A stretch of 64,000 nucleotides of DNA from Candidatus Krumholzibacteriota bacterium (GTDB lineage: Bacteria > Krumholzibacteriota > Krumholzibacteriia > JAJRXK01), in assembly GCA_963727455.1 (NCBI GenBank), contig CAVSGG010000001.1, forward strand, positions 1 to 64,000. Direction: 5' to 3'. How positions within the stretch are numbered: the first letter of the stretch is position 1; every line of letters begins with the position of its first letter. A model generated the notes under the pieces. It did no database searches, was not told where the DNA came from, and saw only the letters and a list, made by a program, of their open reading frames with translations. Positions 34,107 through 43,005 of this stretch are shown one piece after another. The position numbers and the translations under genes were made by a program.

Positions 34107-35084
34107 ATGCGACCTAACACCAACTTGGGCTTGAAGCCATTTCTGCTAGCTCTGTTCATGGGTTGTCTCGTCGGGTGGAGTCTTCCCGCCTCAGCCCAGG
34201 TGCCATTGGGACCGCAACCAGCGGTTGACCGCTTTTACTGCGAGGAGATCCTGGTGGTCTCTTTCAATGTCGGCATGGTCCATGACCTGCGCGGGATGAG
34301 CTTGGATCTGGGATTCGATCCCGCGGTCATCTCTCCGCTCGCGGTGCTCGCCGGTGACTTCGTGAACTCGGCGGCATGCGGCTCGTTCGTGCAGTGGTTG
34401 AATCCCAATCCGGGGGAAAATCACCTCTCGATCGATCTCGCCATGCTCGGCTGCTCGCTCAATGGGAGCGGCGAGCTCTTGAAGATCCAATTCGCGGGTG
34501 TTGCCAACGGCTCGAGTCCTCTCGAGGTAAACTCGGTCGAGTTGCGTGACGGACAGAATCATGTCATCCCGTCCCTGCCCGTGAACTCCGCGGTCGAGTA
34601 TCGCTGTCCCCGGCCGGGGATGCTGAGCTTTGTTCCCGATGACGGCAGCTTCGGTTGTGGAGAGGACCTCGCGGTGGATGTTGTGATCGACGACGCCATC
34701 CTCGATCTCCGCGGCTTCTCGCTGATATTGTCCTTCGACAATTCGGTCGTGCACCCGATCTCGGTGAGCGCGGGGGCGCTGGTGAGCGGTGCCTCCTGCC
34801 CCTACTACCTGAACTGGCTCAACCCAGGACCCACAGAATCCACGATCGCGGTGGATGCTGCCAACCTCGGCTGCGCCATCGACGGCCCGGGGGCGATCCT
34901 GCACCTGGTGTTCGAGGGAGTTCTCCAGGGAATCAGCCCACTGGACTGTGTGTCTCTGATCTTCCGCGACGGCCAGAACCATCCCATCGCCATGGAATGC
35001 GCTCCCGCGACACTGGAGTACCGCTGTCCCGTGGCGGACGAATCCACAGGATGGGGAGCGTGGAAGGCGAGGTACGGAGACTGA
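34107..35084 (+). CDS. Secreted tandem two-cohesin protein with C-terminal GWGAWKARY tail
   Basis: Signal peptide; two internal repeats DLRG[MF]SL.L.FD..V..P..V.AG...G.G..L...F.GV..G.SPL...RDGQNH.I...EYRCP. Confidence 0.82.
   Translation: MRPNTNLGLKPFLLALFMGCLVGWSLPASAQVPLGPQPAVDRFYCEEILVVSFNVGMVHDLRGMSLDLGFDPAVISPLAVLAGDFVNSAACGSFVQWLNPNPGENHLSIDLAMLGCSLNGSGELLKIQFAGVANGSSPLEVNSVELRDGQNHVIPSLPVNSAVEYRCPRPGMLSFVPDDGSFGCGEDLAVDVVIDDAILDLRGFSLILSFDNSVVHPISVSAGALVSGASCPYYLNWLNPGPTESTIAVDAANLGCAIDGPGAILHLVFEGVLQGISPLDCVSLIFRDGQNHPIAMECAPATLEYRCPVADESTGWGAWKARYGD
35031..35084 (+). other. C-terminal WxxxKxR[YF] tail, copy 2 (VADESTGWGAWKARYGD*)
   Basis: Aligns with the tails at 115-165 and 50196-50243. 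Confidence 0.65.
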
Positions 35085-35110
35085 ATCGACGGCAATGGGC
35101 GCCGCCGCAC

Positions 35111-36673
35111 TCAGTGCGCCATTCCCCCGCCTTTTCCCGTAGAGCCGCGCAGCAGCAAAAGGAAAGGCAAGAAGATCGCGAACACGAAGAGCACCATGAA
35201 GAACACGTCGTCGTAACCGCGCACGTAGGCCTGCTGTTGCACCTGCATCCCCAGAATCCGCCAACTCTTGGCGGAACCTCCACCGCCTGCCAGAAGATCG
35301 TGGATGGGTGCGCTTGAACCCGTAGTGGCGCGAGTGAGTTCGGTCAGCCTCTCCTGAAGAAGCAGATTCCCCGGCTGAAAGTTCGTGCTCAGCCACGCGT
35401 GATAGGCCTGCGCGTGCCTCGCGAGTACCGTCGAGGACAGAGCAATTCCAATCGAACCCCCTTCGTTGCGCAGGAGGTTGAAGAGCCCGGTAGCCTGTCC
35501 GATTTGCTCCTGGCGCAACCTGGCGAACGCCGCGGTAGTCAGCGGCACGAAGAGAAAGCCCATTCCAAAGCCCTGAAGCATCCGTCCCCAGGTGAGATAC
35601 CAGAAGTTCACGCCGAGATACACGCTGCGCAGAAGCCACATGGACAGAATGTTCATGACCACCCCCACCACGAGCAGCAGGCGCGTGTCCACGCGTCCCA
35701 CCAAGGGCCCCACGATCGCCATGGAGAGAAGCGACATCAGGCCTCCGGGAGACAACATCAATCCAGCCCAAGTGGCGGTATACCCCAAGAGCTTTTGCGC
35801 GAAAAGGGGCAGCATGGTGAAGGAGCCGTAGAGCCCGAATCCGAGCAGGAACATCAGCAGGGTGCCGGTGGCAAACTCCCTGCTCTTGAAGACGCGGAGA
35901 TCCACGAGCGGACGCTTGGTGGTGAAGGAGCGCCACACGAAGAGCGCGAGGCCGAGCAGGGAGATCAGCGCGTAGATTTGGATACGAGGGCTGTGAAACC
36001 AATCGTATCGCTCCCCGCGGTTGAGAAGGATCTCGAGAAATCCCAGTCCCATCGCGATGTAAAGGAAGCTGCTGAAATCGATGCGGCCCTCCGGCTTCTT
36101 CAGGTAAGGAGGATCGGTGATGAAGAGATAGCCAAGGAGGATCCCCAAGAGTCCCAGGGGGGCGTTGATATAAAACACCCAACGCCAACCCACGCTATCC
36201 GTGATCCAGCCTCCCAGGGTGGGGCCCACGATCGGCCCGAAGATGACTCCGACTCCGAAGAGAGCCATCGCCTTGCCGTGCTCTTCTTTGGGAAAGGTCT
36301 CCAGCAAAATGGCTTGTGACATCGGAACCATCGCGCCGCCGGCCAATCCCTGGAGCACGCGCATCCCAACGAGCATGGGCATCGACAGGGCGGCGCCCGA
36401 ACCGACCGAGGCCACGGTGAACGCGGCCAGGGCGGTGAGGTAGGCGCGCTTGCGTCCAAACCAGTTCCCGAGCCAGCCGCTCAAGGGAAGAATGACCGCG
36501 TTGGCCACCAGATACGAAGTGAGGACCCAGGTCACTTCGTCCTGACCCGCCGAGAAGGTCCCCTGCATGTGGGGCAGAGCGACGTTGGCGACGGAGGTGT
36601 CGATCACTTCCATCAGAGTACCCAACATCACCGTTGCCGCGATGAGGTACTTGCTGACCGGCCGGTCGTTCAC
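35111..36673 (-). CDS. emrB: DHA2-family MFS efflux permease (EmrB-like)
   Basis: MEVIDTSVANVALPH, WVLTSYL, GPTLGGWI and WRWVFYIN motifs. Confidence 0.92.
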   Translation of the reverse strand: MNDRPVSKYLIAATVMLGTLMEVIDTSVANVALPHMQGTFSAGQDEVTWVLTSYLVANAVILPLSGWLGNWFGRKRAYLTALAAFTVASVGSGAALSMPMLVGMRVLQGLAGGAMVPMSQAILLETFPKEEHGKAMALFGVGVIFGPIVGPTLGGWITDSVGWRWVFYINAPLGLLGILLGYLFITDPPYLKKPEGRIDFSSFLYIAMGLGFLEILLNRGERYDWFHSPRIQIYALISLLGLALFVWRSFTTKRPLVDLRVFKSREFATGTLLMFLLGFGLYGSFTMLPLFAQKLLGYTATWAGLMLSPGGLMSLLSMAIVGPLVGRVDTRLLLVVGVVMNILSMWLLRSVYLGVNFWYLTWGRMLQGFGMGFLFVPLTTAAFARLRQEQIGQATGLFNLLRNEGGSIGIALSSTVLARHAQAYHAWLSTNFQPGNLLLQERLTELTRATTGSSAPIHDLLAGGGGSAKSWRILGMQVQQQAYVRGYDDVFFMVLFVFAIFLPFLLLLRGSTGKGGGMAH

Positions 36674-37674
36674 GGCTTCTCCGTGAATTCACTCGTGTCC
36701 ACGGTCACGACCGCGGAAAGGCCCAGGCGCAAACGGCATCCGTTCACGCTGCTATCGTCCAAGGCGATGCGCACCGGGAGGCGCTGCACCACCTTTACCC
36801 AGTTCCCGCTCGCGTTTTCTGGAGGAAGCAGGGAAAAGGCCGCGCCCGTCCCCGCGCTGATCGCTTCGACCTTGCCCTTCAACTCGTAACCCTTGTTGCT
36901 GTCGATGTGGATCGTCGCGGGATCTCCCGGGCGGATGCGGCGCAGCTGGGTCTCCTTGAAGTTCGCGTCGACCCAGAGGTGTCCTGCATCCAGGGGAACC
37001 ACCTGGCACAGGGGCTGACCCGTCGCCACTACCTGTCCCGACTGGGCGGACTTGTCGGCCAGCATGCCTTGGCAGGGCGCGACGATGGTGCAGTAGGACC
37101 TTCGGAGCAGCGCAGTATCATGGGCGGCCCCTGCCTTCTGCAGCTCGCGGCGCGAGACTTCCAACTTGGCCTTGGCCGCCTCGAGTCCTTTCCGCATGGC
37201 TTCCAGGCGTGCCTGCGCCACCTCGGCCTGCGTCTTCACCTCGCTGAAGCGGTGCTGCGGTACCGATCCGCGCTCGCTCAGCTCTGCGTAGCGTTGGCGG
37301 TCGGCATTGCTCAGTTCGCTCTCGCTCTGTGCTGCAGCGATCTCCGCACGCGCTTGGGCCACGCCCGCCTCGTCCAGGGCGAGGGTGGCTTTGGCTTTTT
37401 CCACCTTGGCTTCACTCTCCGCTACCGCTTGGTCGAAGTCTCGCGGATCGAGGCGAAAGAGCACTTGCCCCTCCTTCACTTGCTCGTTTTCGCCGACCAG
37501 GACATTCTGAATGGTCCCTGGAACCCGGCTGGCGACGGTGCTCACGTCACCGCCCACGTAGGCATTGTCGGTCGTGGGAAAGATTTGTCCGTGGTGCCAG
37601 TGTCTCCATCCCAGGGCGACGACCACGAGCGCGAACAAGATGATTGTGAGCAATCCGATCGTTCTGCGTTTCAT
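36670..37674 (-). CDS. emrA: HlyD/EmrA-family membrane fusion protein
   Basis: TTDNAYV, WVDANFKET, GAAFSLLPPENASGNWVKVVQRLPVRI; GAGGAG RBS before ATG 37674. Confidence 0.92.
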   Translation of the reverse strand: MKRRTIGLLTIILFALVVVALGWRHWHHGQIFPTTDNAYVGGDVSTVASRVPGTIQNVLVGENEQVKEGQVLFRLDPRDFDQAVAESEAKVEKAKATLALDEAGVAQARAEIAAAQSESELSNADRQRYAELSERGSVPQHRFSEVKTQAEVAQARLEAMRKGLEAAKAKLEVSRRELQKAGAAHDTALLRRSYCTIVAPCQGMLADKSAQSGQVVATGQPLCQVVPLDAGHLWVDANFKETQLRRIRPGDPATIHIDSNKGYELKGKVEAISAGTGAAFSLLPPENASGNWVKVVQRLPVRIALDDSSVNGCRLRLGLSAVVTVDTSEFTEKP

Positions 37675-37675
37675 C

Positions 37676-39553
37676 TCAGTGTGCTCCTCGTCTTGCGACA
37701 TCCGCGTAGAACTCGGCCGGATCTTCTCCCGCCGTGACCAAGAGTCGCGCCTGATTCCAGTAGCTTTGGTAGTGTCGCGTGATCACCGTGTAACGGCTGT
37801 CCGCGAGAAGGACCTCTGCGTCCAGAACGTCGCTGGAACGCGCCAAACCCGAGCGGTACTGATCTTCCACGATCTGGAGGTTCGTGCGCGCCGCGCGAAC
37901 GTTGTCCTGCGCGGTCGCTTCTTCCCGCAGAGATTGCTTCCACTGCCGCCAGGCCGAGTCCACCGCAACACTCACCCCGCGGCTCACGTCCTTCAGACCC
38001 TGCGTGGCGCGCGCAATTTCGGCCTGAGCCTTTGCGATCTTGGCCTTGCGAGCGCCACCCTCGAACAGATTCCAGCTCATCCCCGCCACCACGGCGTTGA
38101 CGTGCGGGTACGCCATGTAACGGTTTTCTTCGTAACTATGACCGAGACTCAAGTAGATTTCGGGCCAGTACTCGCGGTGTGCGAGCCGTTCTCTCGTACG
38201 CGCCTCCTGCAAGCGCGCCCTGAGGGTTTGCAAGTGTGGGTTTTGGTCGCTCGCGGCGCGAATCAACCCGTCGCACGAAGCATCGAGCATCGGGGCCGGA
38301 CCCAAGGAATCCGGGAGGCTCAGCTCGGCGGAGATTTCACGCCCCAAGATTCGGTTGAGGTCTTGGGTGGCCGAGACGCGCGCGTCCTTCAACTCCTGCA
38401 CCGCATCGTCGATCTCGCGCTCACGCACTTGCGTCTCCAGCAGGTCATTGCGCGCCACCAAACCCTGATCGTACAGGTCCTGGGCAACTTTGCGGTGCGC
38501 GGATACTGCGGCGTGCCGTTGCCTGAGGACGGCGGTCTGGTCCTGCAATCGCAGAACCTGGAGATACGCTGACAGGGCGTCGAGTTGGGCCTGGCGAATG
38601 GAGGCCCAACTCGAAGCTTCGCTCGCCTTCGCACTCTGTCTGGCGGCCTCGACCGAAAGCTTGCGCCGCCCCCCATTGAAGAGGGTCTCCTTCAGGTGGA
38701 TTCCGTAAGCTGCGTTGCTCTTCTGTGCAAAGGGAAAACGCTCGCTTCCGAAAACTGCCTCCACCGGATTGTCGCGTACGGTGTACGAGGCGTCCGCGTC
38801 GATCCGTGGCCACCAGGAAGCTGTGGCGCCTCGAATCTCGGCCTGGGCCTGGAGCGAATCGAAGGGTGCGACGCGTGCGGCGAGAGAATGACGCTCGGCC
38901 AGAACGAGAACCCGGGGCAGTGTCATGAGGGTGTCCGCCCCAGCGGCCTTGGCCAGCGTCACTTCCTGTTGGCTGGCCTCGTTGGGGCCCTGGCTCGCTC
39001 CGAGATGGAGAGTTTCCGCCCGCGTGCCGCGCGCCGCGAAGAAGAGGATTGCGGCCAACAAGATCCAGAGGTGCTTGGCCCTTCCGTGCTTGCTGGGGCA
39101 CGGTCCTCTGTCGCGTTCGACGCTTTCCATCGCGTTGGTCGCCATGCGACTGAGTAGAAGTCCCACTTCCTTTCGCTGCGCGGCGGTAAATCCCTCGGTG
39201 AGAACCCGGTTCCACGACTGCAAGTCCTCTACGATACGCGGCCATCGGCGCCGCGCCTTGGCGGTGAGGAGGATGCGGCGAGCCCTGGCATCCCCGCGAT
39301 TCGCGAGGCGCCGCACATAGCCTTCCCGCTCGAGCGTGCTCAAGGACCGGGTGGTGGCACCGCGATCCATGTGGAGACGGGCTGCGAGTTCCTCTTGGGA
39401 AATGTCGTCCCCCTCCCGGACGAGCGTTCCCAAGAAAAAGAGGTGGTTCTTTCCTATGCCATGCGGGCGCAGGCGTCTCCGTGCAAAGCGGCTGGCGCAG
39501 CGATCGATGATGGAAATCCAGCGTCCGAGCGACTCTTCCGGCTTGTAGTCCAT
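37676..39553 (-). CDS. MarR-family regulator fused in frame to a TolC-family outer-membrane efflux protein
   Basis: About aa 1-145: SQEELAARL...RSLSTLEREGYVRR...DARARRILLT (MarR wHTH); internal signal HLWILLAAILFFAARGTRA; two TolC repeats (WWPRID...LFNGG, YWPEI...LFEGG). Confidence 0.85.
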   Translation of the reverse strand: MDYKPEESLGRWISIIDRCASRFARRRLRPHGIGKNHLFFLGTLVREGDDISQEELAARLHMDRGATTRSLSTLEREGYVRRLANRGDARARRILLTAKARRRWPRIVEDLQSWNRVLTEGFTAAQRKEVGLLLSRMATNAMESVERDRGPCPSKHGRAKHLWILLAAILFFAARGTRAETLHLGASQGPNEASQQEVTLAKAAGADTLMTLPRVLVLAERHSLAARVAPFDSLQAQAEIRGATASWWPRIDADASYTVRDNPVEAVFGSERFPFAQKSNAAYGIHLKETLFNGGRRKLSVEAARQSAKASEASSWASIRQAQLDALSAYLQVLRLQDQTAVLRQRHAAVSAHRKVAQDLYDQGLVARNDLLETQVREREIDDAVQELKDARVSATQDLNRILGREISAELSLPDSLGPAPMLDASCDGLIRAASDQNPHLQTLRARLQEARTRERLAHREYWPEIYLSLGHSYEENRYMAYPHVNAVVAGMSWNLFEGGARKAKIAKAQAEIARATQGLKDVSRGVSVAVDSAWRQWKQSLREEATAQDNVRAARTNLQIVEDQYRSGLARSSDVLDAEVLLADSRYTVITRHYQSYWNQARLLVTAGEDPAEFYADVARRGAH

Positions 39554-39568
39554 CGGCGACTCCTATGG

Positions 39569-39580
39569 TTGCAATTGCAA
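39569..39580. promoter_or_regulatory. Putative MarR operator palindrome
   Basis: Perfect TTGCAATTGCAA between the -10 element and the RBS of the marR-tolC gene. Confidence 0.65.
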
Positions 39581-39592
39581 TCAATGCGCGGC

Positions 39593-39621
39593 AACTTAGG
39601 AACAGGCGACGAAACTGTCAA
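39593..39621 (-). promoter_or_regulatory. Sigma70 promoter of the efflux operon
   Basis: TTGACA-N17-TAAGTT on the minus strand. Confidence 0.7.
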
Positions 39622-39651
39622 GCGATGAGCTTCCGGGGGGGAACGGGCGAG

Positions 39652-39684
39652 AAAAAGGCCCGGCGCGCTTGCGCGCACCGGGCC
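39652..39684 (-). terminator. Rho-independent terminator after the cytochrome gene
   Basis: GGCCCGGTGCGC-GCAA-GCGCGCCGGGCC followed by TTTTT on the minus strand. Confidence 0.75.
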
Positions 39685-39720
39685 CCGCGAGGCATCGATT
39701 CTGCCTTGCTGTCCAAAGCG

Positions 39721-42351
39721 TCACCGCATGAGCGTAACCCTTTGCGTACGAATCTGTTCGTCCGCCCGCAGACGAAGCAGGTAGACGCCGGAAGCGAGTC
39801 GCTTGCCGTTGAAGTCGCGACCATCCCACTGGACCACGTAGCGTCCGGGGTTCTGCGTTTCGTTACGCAGCGACCGGACCTTTCTTCCCCGTAGGTCGTA
39901 GACGTTCAGTTCCACCCTTGCCGTCTTGGGCAAGCTGTAGGAGAAGCTCGTCGAAGAGCCAAAGGGATTCGGATGGTTCGGTGACAGCATGACGATCGTG
40001 GGCATCGCCGGTTCTGCGGCGGTGGCCGTGATCTCCACCTCTGTCCGCACTTGTTCCATCAGCTCGGGCGGGTTCTTGCCCTGAGCCAGCCACGCGTCAT
40101 AGAGTTGTTGGCCCATGGTGTTGGTCGTGTTCTCGTCGCGCAGGAACTCGATATAGCCCGGTGAGGTGCTCTGGTAATAGAGACTCACGAAGACCGAGTC
40201 TGCCTCTGCCGGCAACACGTATTCCGTGTCGTCCCAGTACTGCCCATCGGGATAGCTGTAGCCGACCACGGGGGACTGGACGTTGGCGAAGGCGGCGTTG
40301 GTGAACCCTCGTGGTGGAATTCGGTTGTCGAAGTAGGTCGAGTCGTTGAGCACGAAGTGGAAGCTCGGCCCTGCCGGCAAACTCAGGGCAGATGCGATCG
40401 CGGGGCTGAAGCCGCCCTCGATCTCATAGATCTTCAACTGCGCGTCGTGTTCGATGTGTCCCGTCTCGGAATCATACGCGCCCGAGGTGAACACCGTGGT
40501 TCCCTGGGAATCGACCGCCTCGATCTGCAGCCACATGTGACGTCCCTCGGGATAGCCCGAAGGCAATTTGTGCCCGGTTTGATTGGTCACCCGCACCTTG
40601 ATCCCCGTGGTGGTCGGGGTGACTTCCATGGTCGCGGCTTTTTGCAGCATGGCGCGCGCGCGCAGCTTGCCCGCCTCCAGATGAGCCGGGTCGACCTCGC
40701 TCGCGAAGAAGTCGGGGATGATGTCGGGAACGAAGGTGTTGCCGCCAGTCAGATCATGCAGCGCAAGGTCCGGACGCGTCGAGCCCAGAATGGCGGCCGA
40801 GCCGGACACATCGTGCATGTGGCAGTCCTGGCAGGTGGAGACGATTCCATCCGCCTTGGTCCCGGCGAACTGCGGGGCGTAGATGCCACCATTCGCATAG
40901 TCACTCTGCGTCCACTCCCCGTAGGTGCGCTCCACCTGACCCATGCTGTAGGCGCGGCCGTCGGGATGGTTCTGATCCCACGCGGTGAGCACCAAATCGT
41001 GGCTGCCGTCGTCGTAGTACACCGGGTTGCTCACGTTGTGGCAGGTGCCGCAAAGGTCGCCGCTACGGTGGAAGGGGGAATACAGGAAATCGTGGGGCGC
41101 CGTGGAATCTTGGCGCGGACCACGTCGGACCGGCTGTTGGTCCATGATGAAGGAGCCGTTCGCGTAATCCATCAAGGGGGGATCGATTCCGGCCACCACT
41201 ACGGAGTCGGGCTGGGGAGAGATCCCCGAGACGTAATCGAAGTCCACGATGCTGTGACAGAAGTCACACTGCACGCCCTGGCGATCCTTAGCGTTGAGCA
41301 TGGCTCCACTGGTGTCGTCGCTGTGGCCTTCCTGCCAACCTCCGGGAGAGTGACAGCGAATGCAAATGTCCCCCGAGGAGGGCGCGTCCTGCTCAGCCAC
41401 CGCCAAGCAGGCGAGGAAGAGCGGGTCACGCGCGGCCTGGCCCATCATGCTGCCCTTCCAGTTGTACCAGGGTTCCACCGCGGTATCATAATTCCCGTGG
41501 CAGGTGGCACAGGTCGCGTCCGGGTCCTCCAGGATCTTTCCCTGGTGAGGCTGGGTTCCGTACATCTTGACGTCACGCAAGGTGGTGGGTACCCGGCCGG
41601 TCTGCGCCAGAACCGTGAAGTCGGTCGCGCTGGAGTCACTCCCCGCATTGCCGGCATTATCCACCGCCTCCACCTTGATGCGACTGAAGTCCCCGGGGAG
41701 GTTCACCACGAAGAGCTGGAAGCTCCCTGTGTCGGGCTGGTTGAGCGCGACCGGCTCGAAGCTCGCACCCGAATCGTCGCTGCGGTAGACGTTGATGTGG
41801 TCGATTCCACTCGCATCGCTCGCGGTGTAGCTGACCGTGATCTCGGTACCGGCCTGCAGAGCTTCGCCTCCGTCGGGATAGCTGAGATCGACCAGAGGAG
41901 GCGTCGTATCGGTAGCGCCGGTGGGAGTCAAATAGCCGACAATCTCTGACAGGGGAATGTTCACCGTGGTCATGTAGTTCGATGCACTCAGGCCGGGAAA
42001 GGTCGGGGTGTTGCTGTAGAGGGTACTTGTGATCTCGGTGAGGTTGGTCTTTCCATCATTGTCGGCGTCCACATTCTCGATGGCGAGGATGGCCTGTTCG
42101 CTGGTGAGGCCGTTGTTGCGGCCGGTTTCTACCAGGAAGCCGTAAGGATTCCGGGGGCCTCCCCCGTTGAAGTCGAAGTGGCACACCCCGCAGTGCTTTG
42201 AGTTGCTGGGCAATTGGTCAAGTTGCGTGCCCACCGCATTCGGGTAGACGCTGAAGAATGCCGCGCGAATCGGTGGCTTGGCATTCGCATTGATAAATGT
42301 TGATACGAGAAAGAGAAGGGCGATAAAGCCGAGTAGGAGCAACTTCCGCAT
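39721..42351 (-). CDS. Secreted multiheme cytochrome c (6 CxxCH) with Ig-like domains and FlgD-Ig/T9SS-like CTD
   Basis: Signal peptide; CGVCH, CATCH, CIRCH, CDFCH, CGTCH, CQDCH; GHKLPSG motif; PNPF...YDLRGRKV...WDGRD..G..LASGVY CTD. Confidence 0.88.
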   Translation of the reverse strand: MRKLLLLGFIALLFLVSTFINANAKPPIRAAFFSVYPNAVGTQLDQLPSNSKHCGVCHFDFNGGGPRNPYGFLVETGRNNGLTSEQAILAIENVDADNDGKTNLTEITSTLYSNTPTFPGLSASNYMTTVNIPLSEIVGYLTPTGATDTTPPLVDLSYPDGGEALQAGTEITVSYTASDASGIDHINVYRSDDSGASFEPVALNQPDTGSFQLFVVNLPGDFSRIKVEAVDNAGNAGSDSSATDFTVLAQTGRVPTTLRDVKMYGTQPHQGKILEDPDATCATCHGNYDTAVEPWYNWKGSMMGQAARDPLFLACLAVAEQDAPSSGDICIRCHSPGGWQEGHSDDTSGAMLNAKDRQGVQCDFCHSIVDFDYVSGISPQPDSVVVAGIDPPLMDYANGSFIMDQQPVRRGPRQDSTAPHDFLYSPFHRSGDLCGTCHNVSNPVYYDDGSHDLVLTAWDQNHPDGRAYSMGQVERTYGEWTQSDYANGGIYAPQFAGTKADGIVSTCQDCHMHDVSGSAAILGSTRPDLALHDLTGGNTFVPDIIPDFFASEVDPAHLEAGKLRARAMLQKAATMEVTPTTTGIKVRVTNQTGHKLPSGYPEGRHMWLQIEAVDSQGTTVFTSGAYDSETGHIEHDAQLKIYEIEGGFSPAIASALSLPAGPSFHFVLNDSTYFDNRIPPRGFTNAAFANVQSPVVGYSYPDGQYWDDTEYVLPAEADSVFVSLYYQSTSPGYIEFLRDENTTNTMGQQLYDAWLAQGKNPPELMEQVRTEVEITATAAEPAMPTIVMLSPNHPNPFGSSTSFSYSLPKTARVELNVYDLRGRKVRSLRNETQNPGRYVVQWDGRDFNGKRLASGVYLLRLRADEQIRTQRVTLMR

Positions 42352-42546
42352 GGTCCGCCTCCAGGGGAGTGAGGCGAGCTGCCCTGAGAGCCCATCAGGG
42401 CCGCTCGGTGGGATCGAGAGGGGACCGGCGCCACCCCAGGGGGGAAAGCACGGGGCGGCGCCAAGAGCCCATCAGATCTGATGCTCCGATATTAGGCCGG
42501 TGAGCGAACAAACACAAGTTCGGACTTGGCCTGGCCCGAGGAGAAT

Positions 42547-42891
42547 TTACTGCAGGGACTTGCGGATCTTGCGCTTCAGGCGGCGGATTTTGGTGCGCGC
42601 GAACTTGAGTTGTTCGTGGTCTCCGGCCTCCAGGGCGGCTTGCCGCTTGCGTTTCCATTCCCCGATCTGGGTGCGCACCGCGCCGCGGTCGATTCCCACG
42701 ACTTTGTGGTGCTCATGCATTTCGATGTCCAGTGCGGTGCAGATGCCCTCGAGAATCTGGGCCTTGCGCAGCTGGGTGTAGCCTTGGACCGCCGGATGAT
42801 CGATGCCGGCCGCGATTTCACGCAGTTGCGCGACCGTCATTCCCTTGAGTTGGTGGTAGGTGTATTCCGTTGCTTCAGACACGCTCGCCAT
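42547..42891 (-). CDS. Small basic protein with Rho-N-like helical domain
   Basis: LKGMTVAQLREIA...GYTQLRKAQIL resembles Rho_N; basic coiled C-terminus; GTG 42882 is an alternative start. Confidence 0.65.
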   Translation of the reverse strand: MASVSEATEYTYHQLKGMTVAQLREIAAGIDHPAVQGYTQLRKAQILEGICTALDIEMHEHHKVVGIDRGAVRTQIGEWKRKRQAALEAGDHEQLKFARTKIRRLKRKIRKSLQ

Positions 42892-43005
42892 CCTCGCTGA
42901 GGGGTGTCGACTGAGGGGCGGCGAGGAGCTCGATCCGCACCGCGATGTGCAGCATAAATCACCGGAGCGGCGCCGGCAAGGGCCTGAGCCCGCGCCGGTG
43001 TCCGC

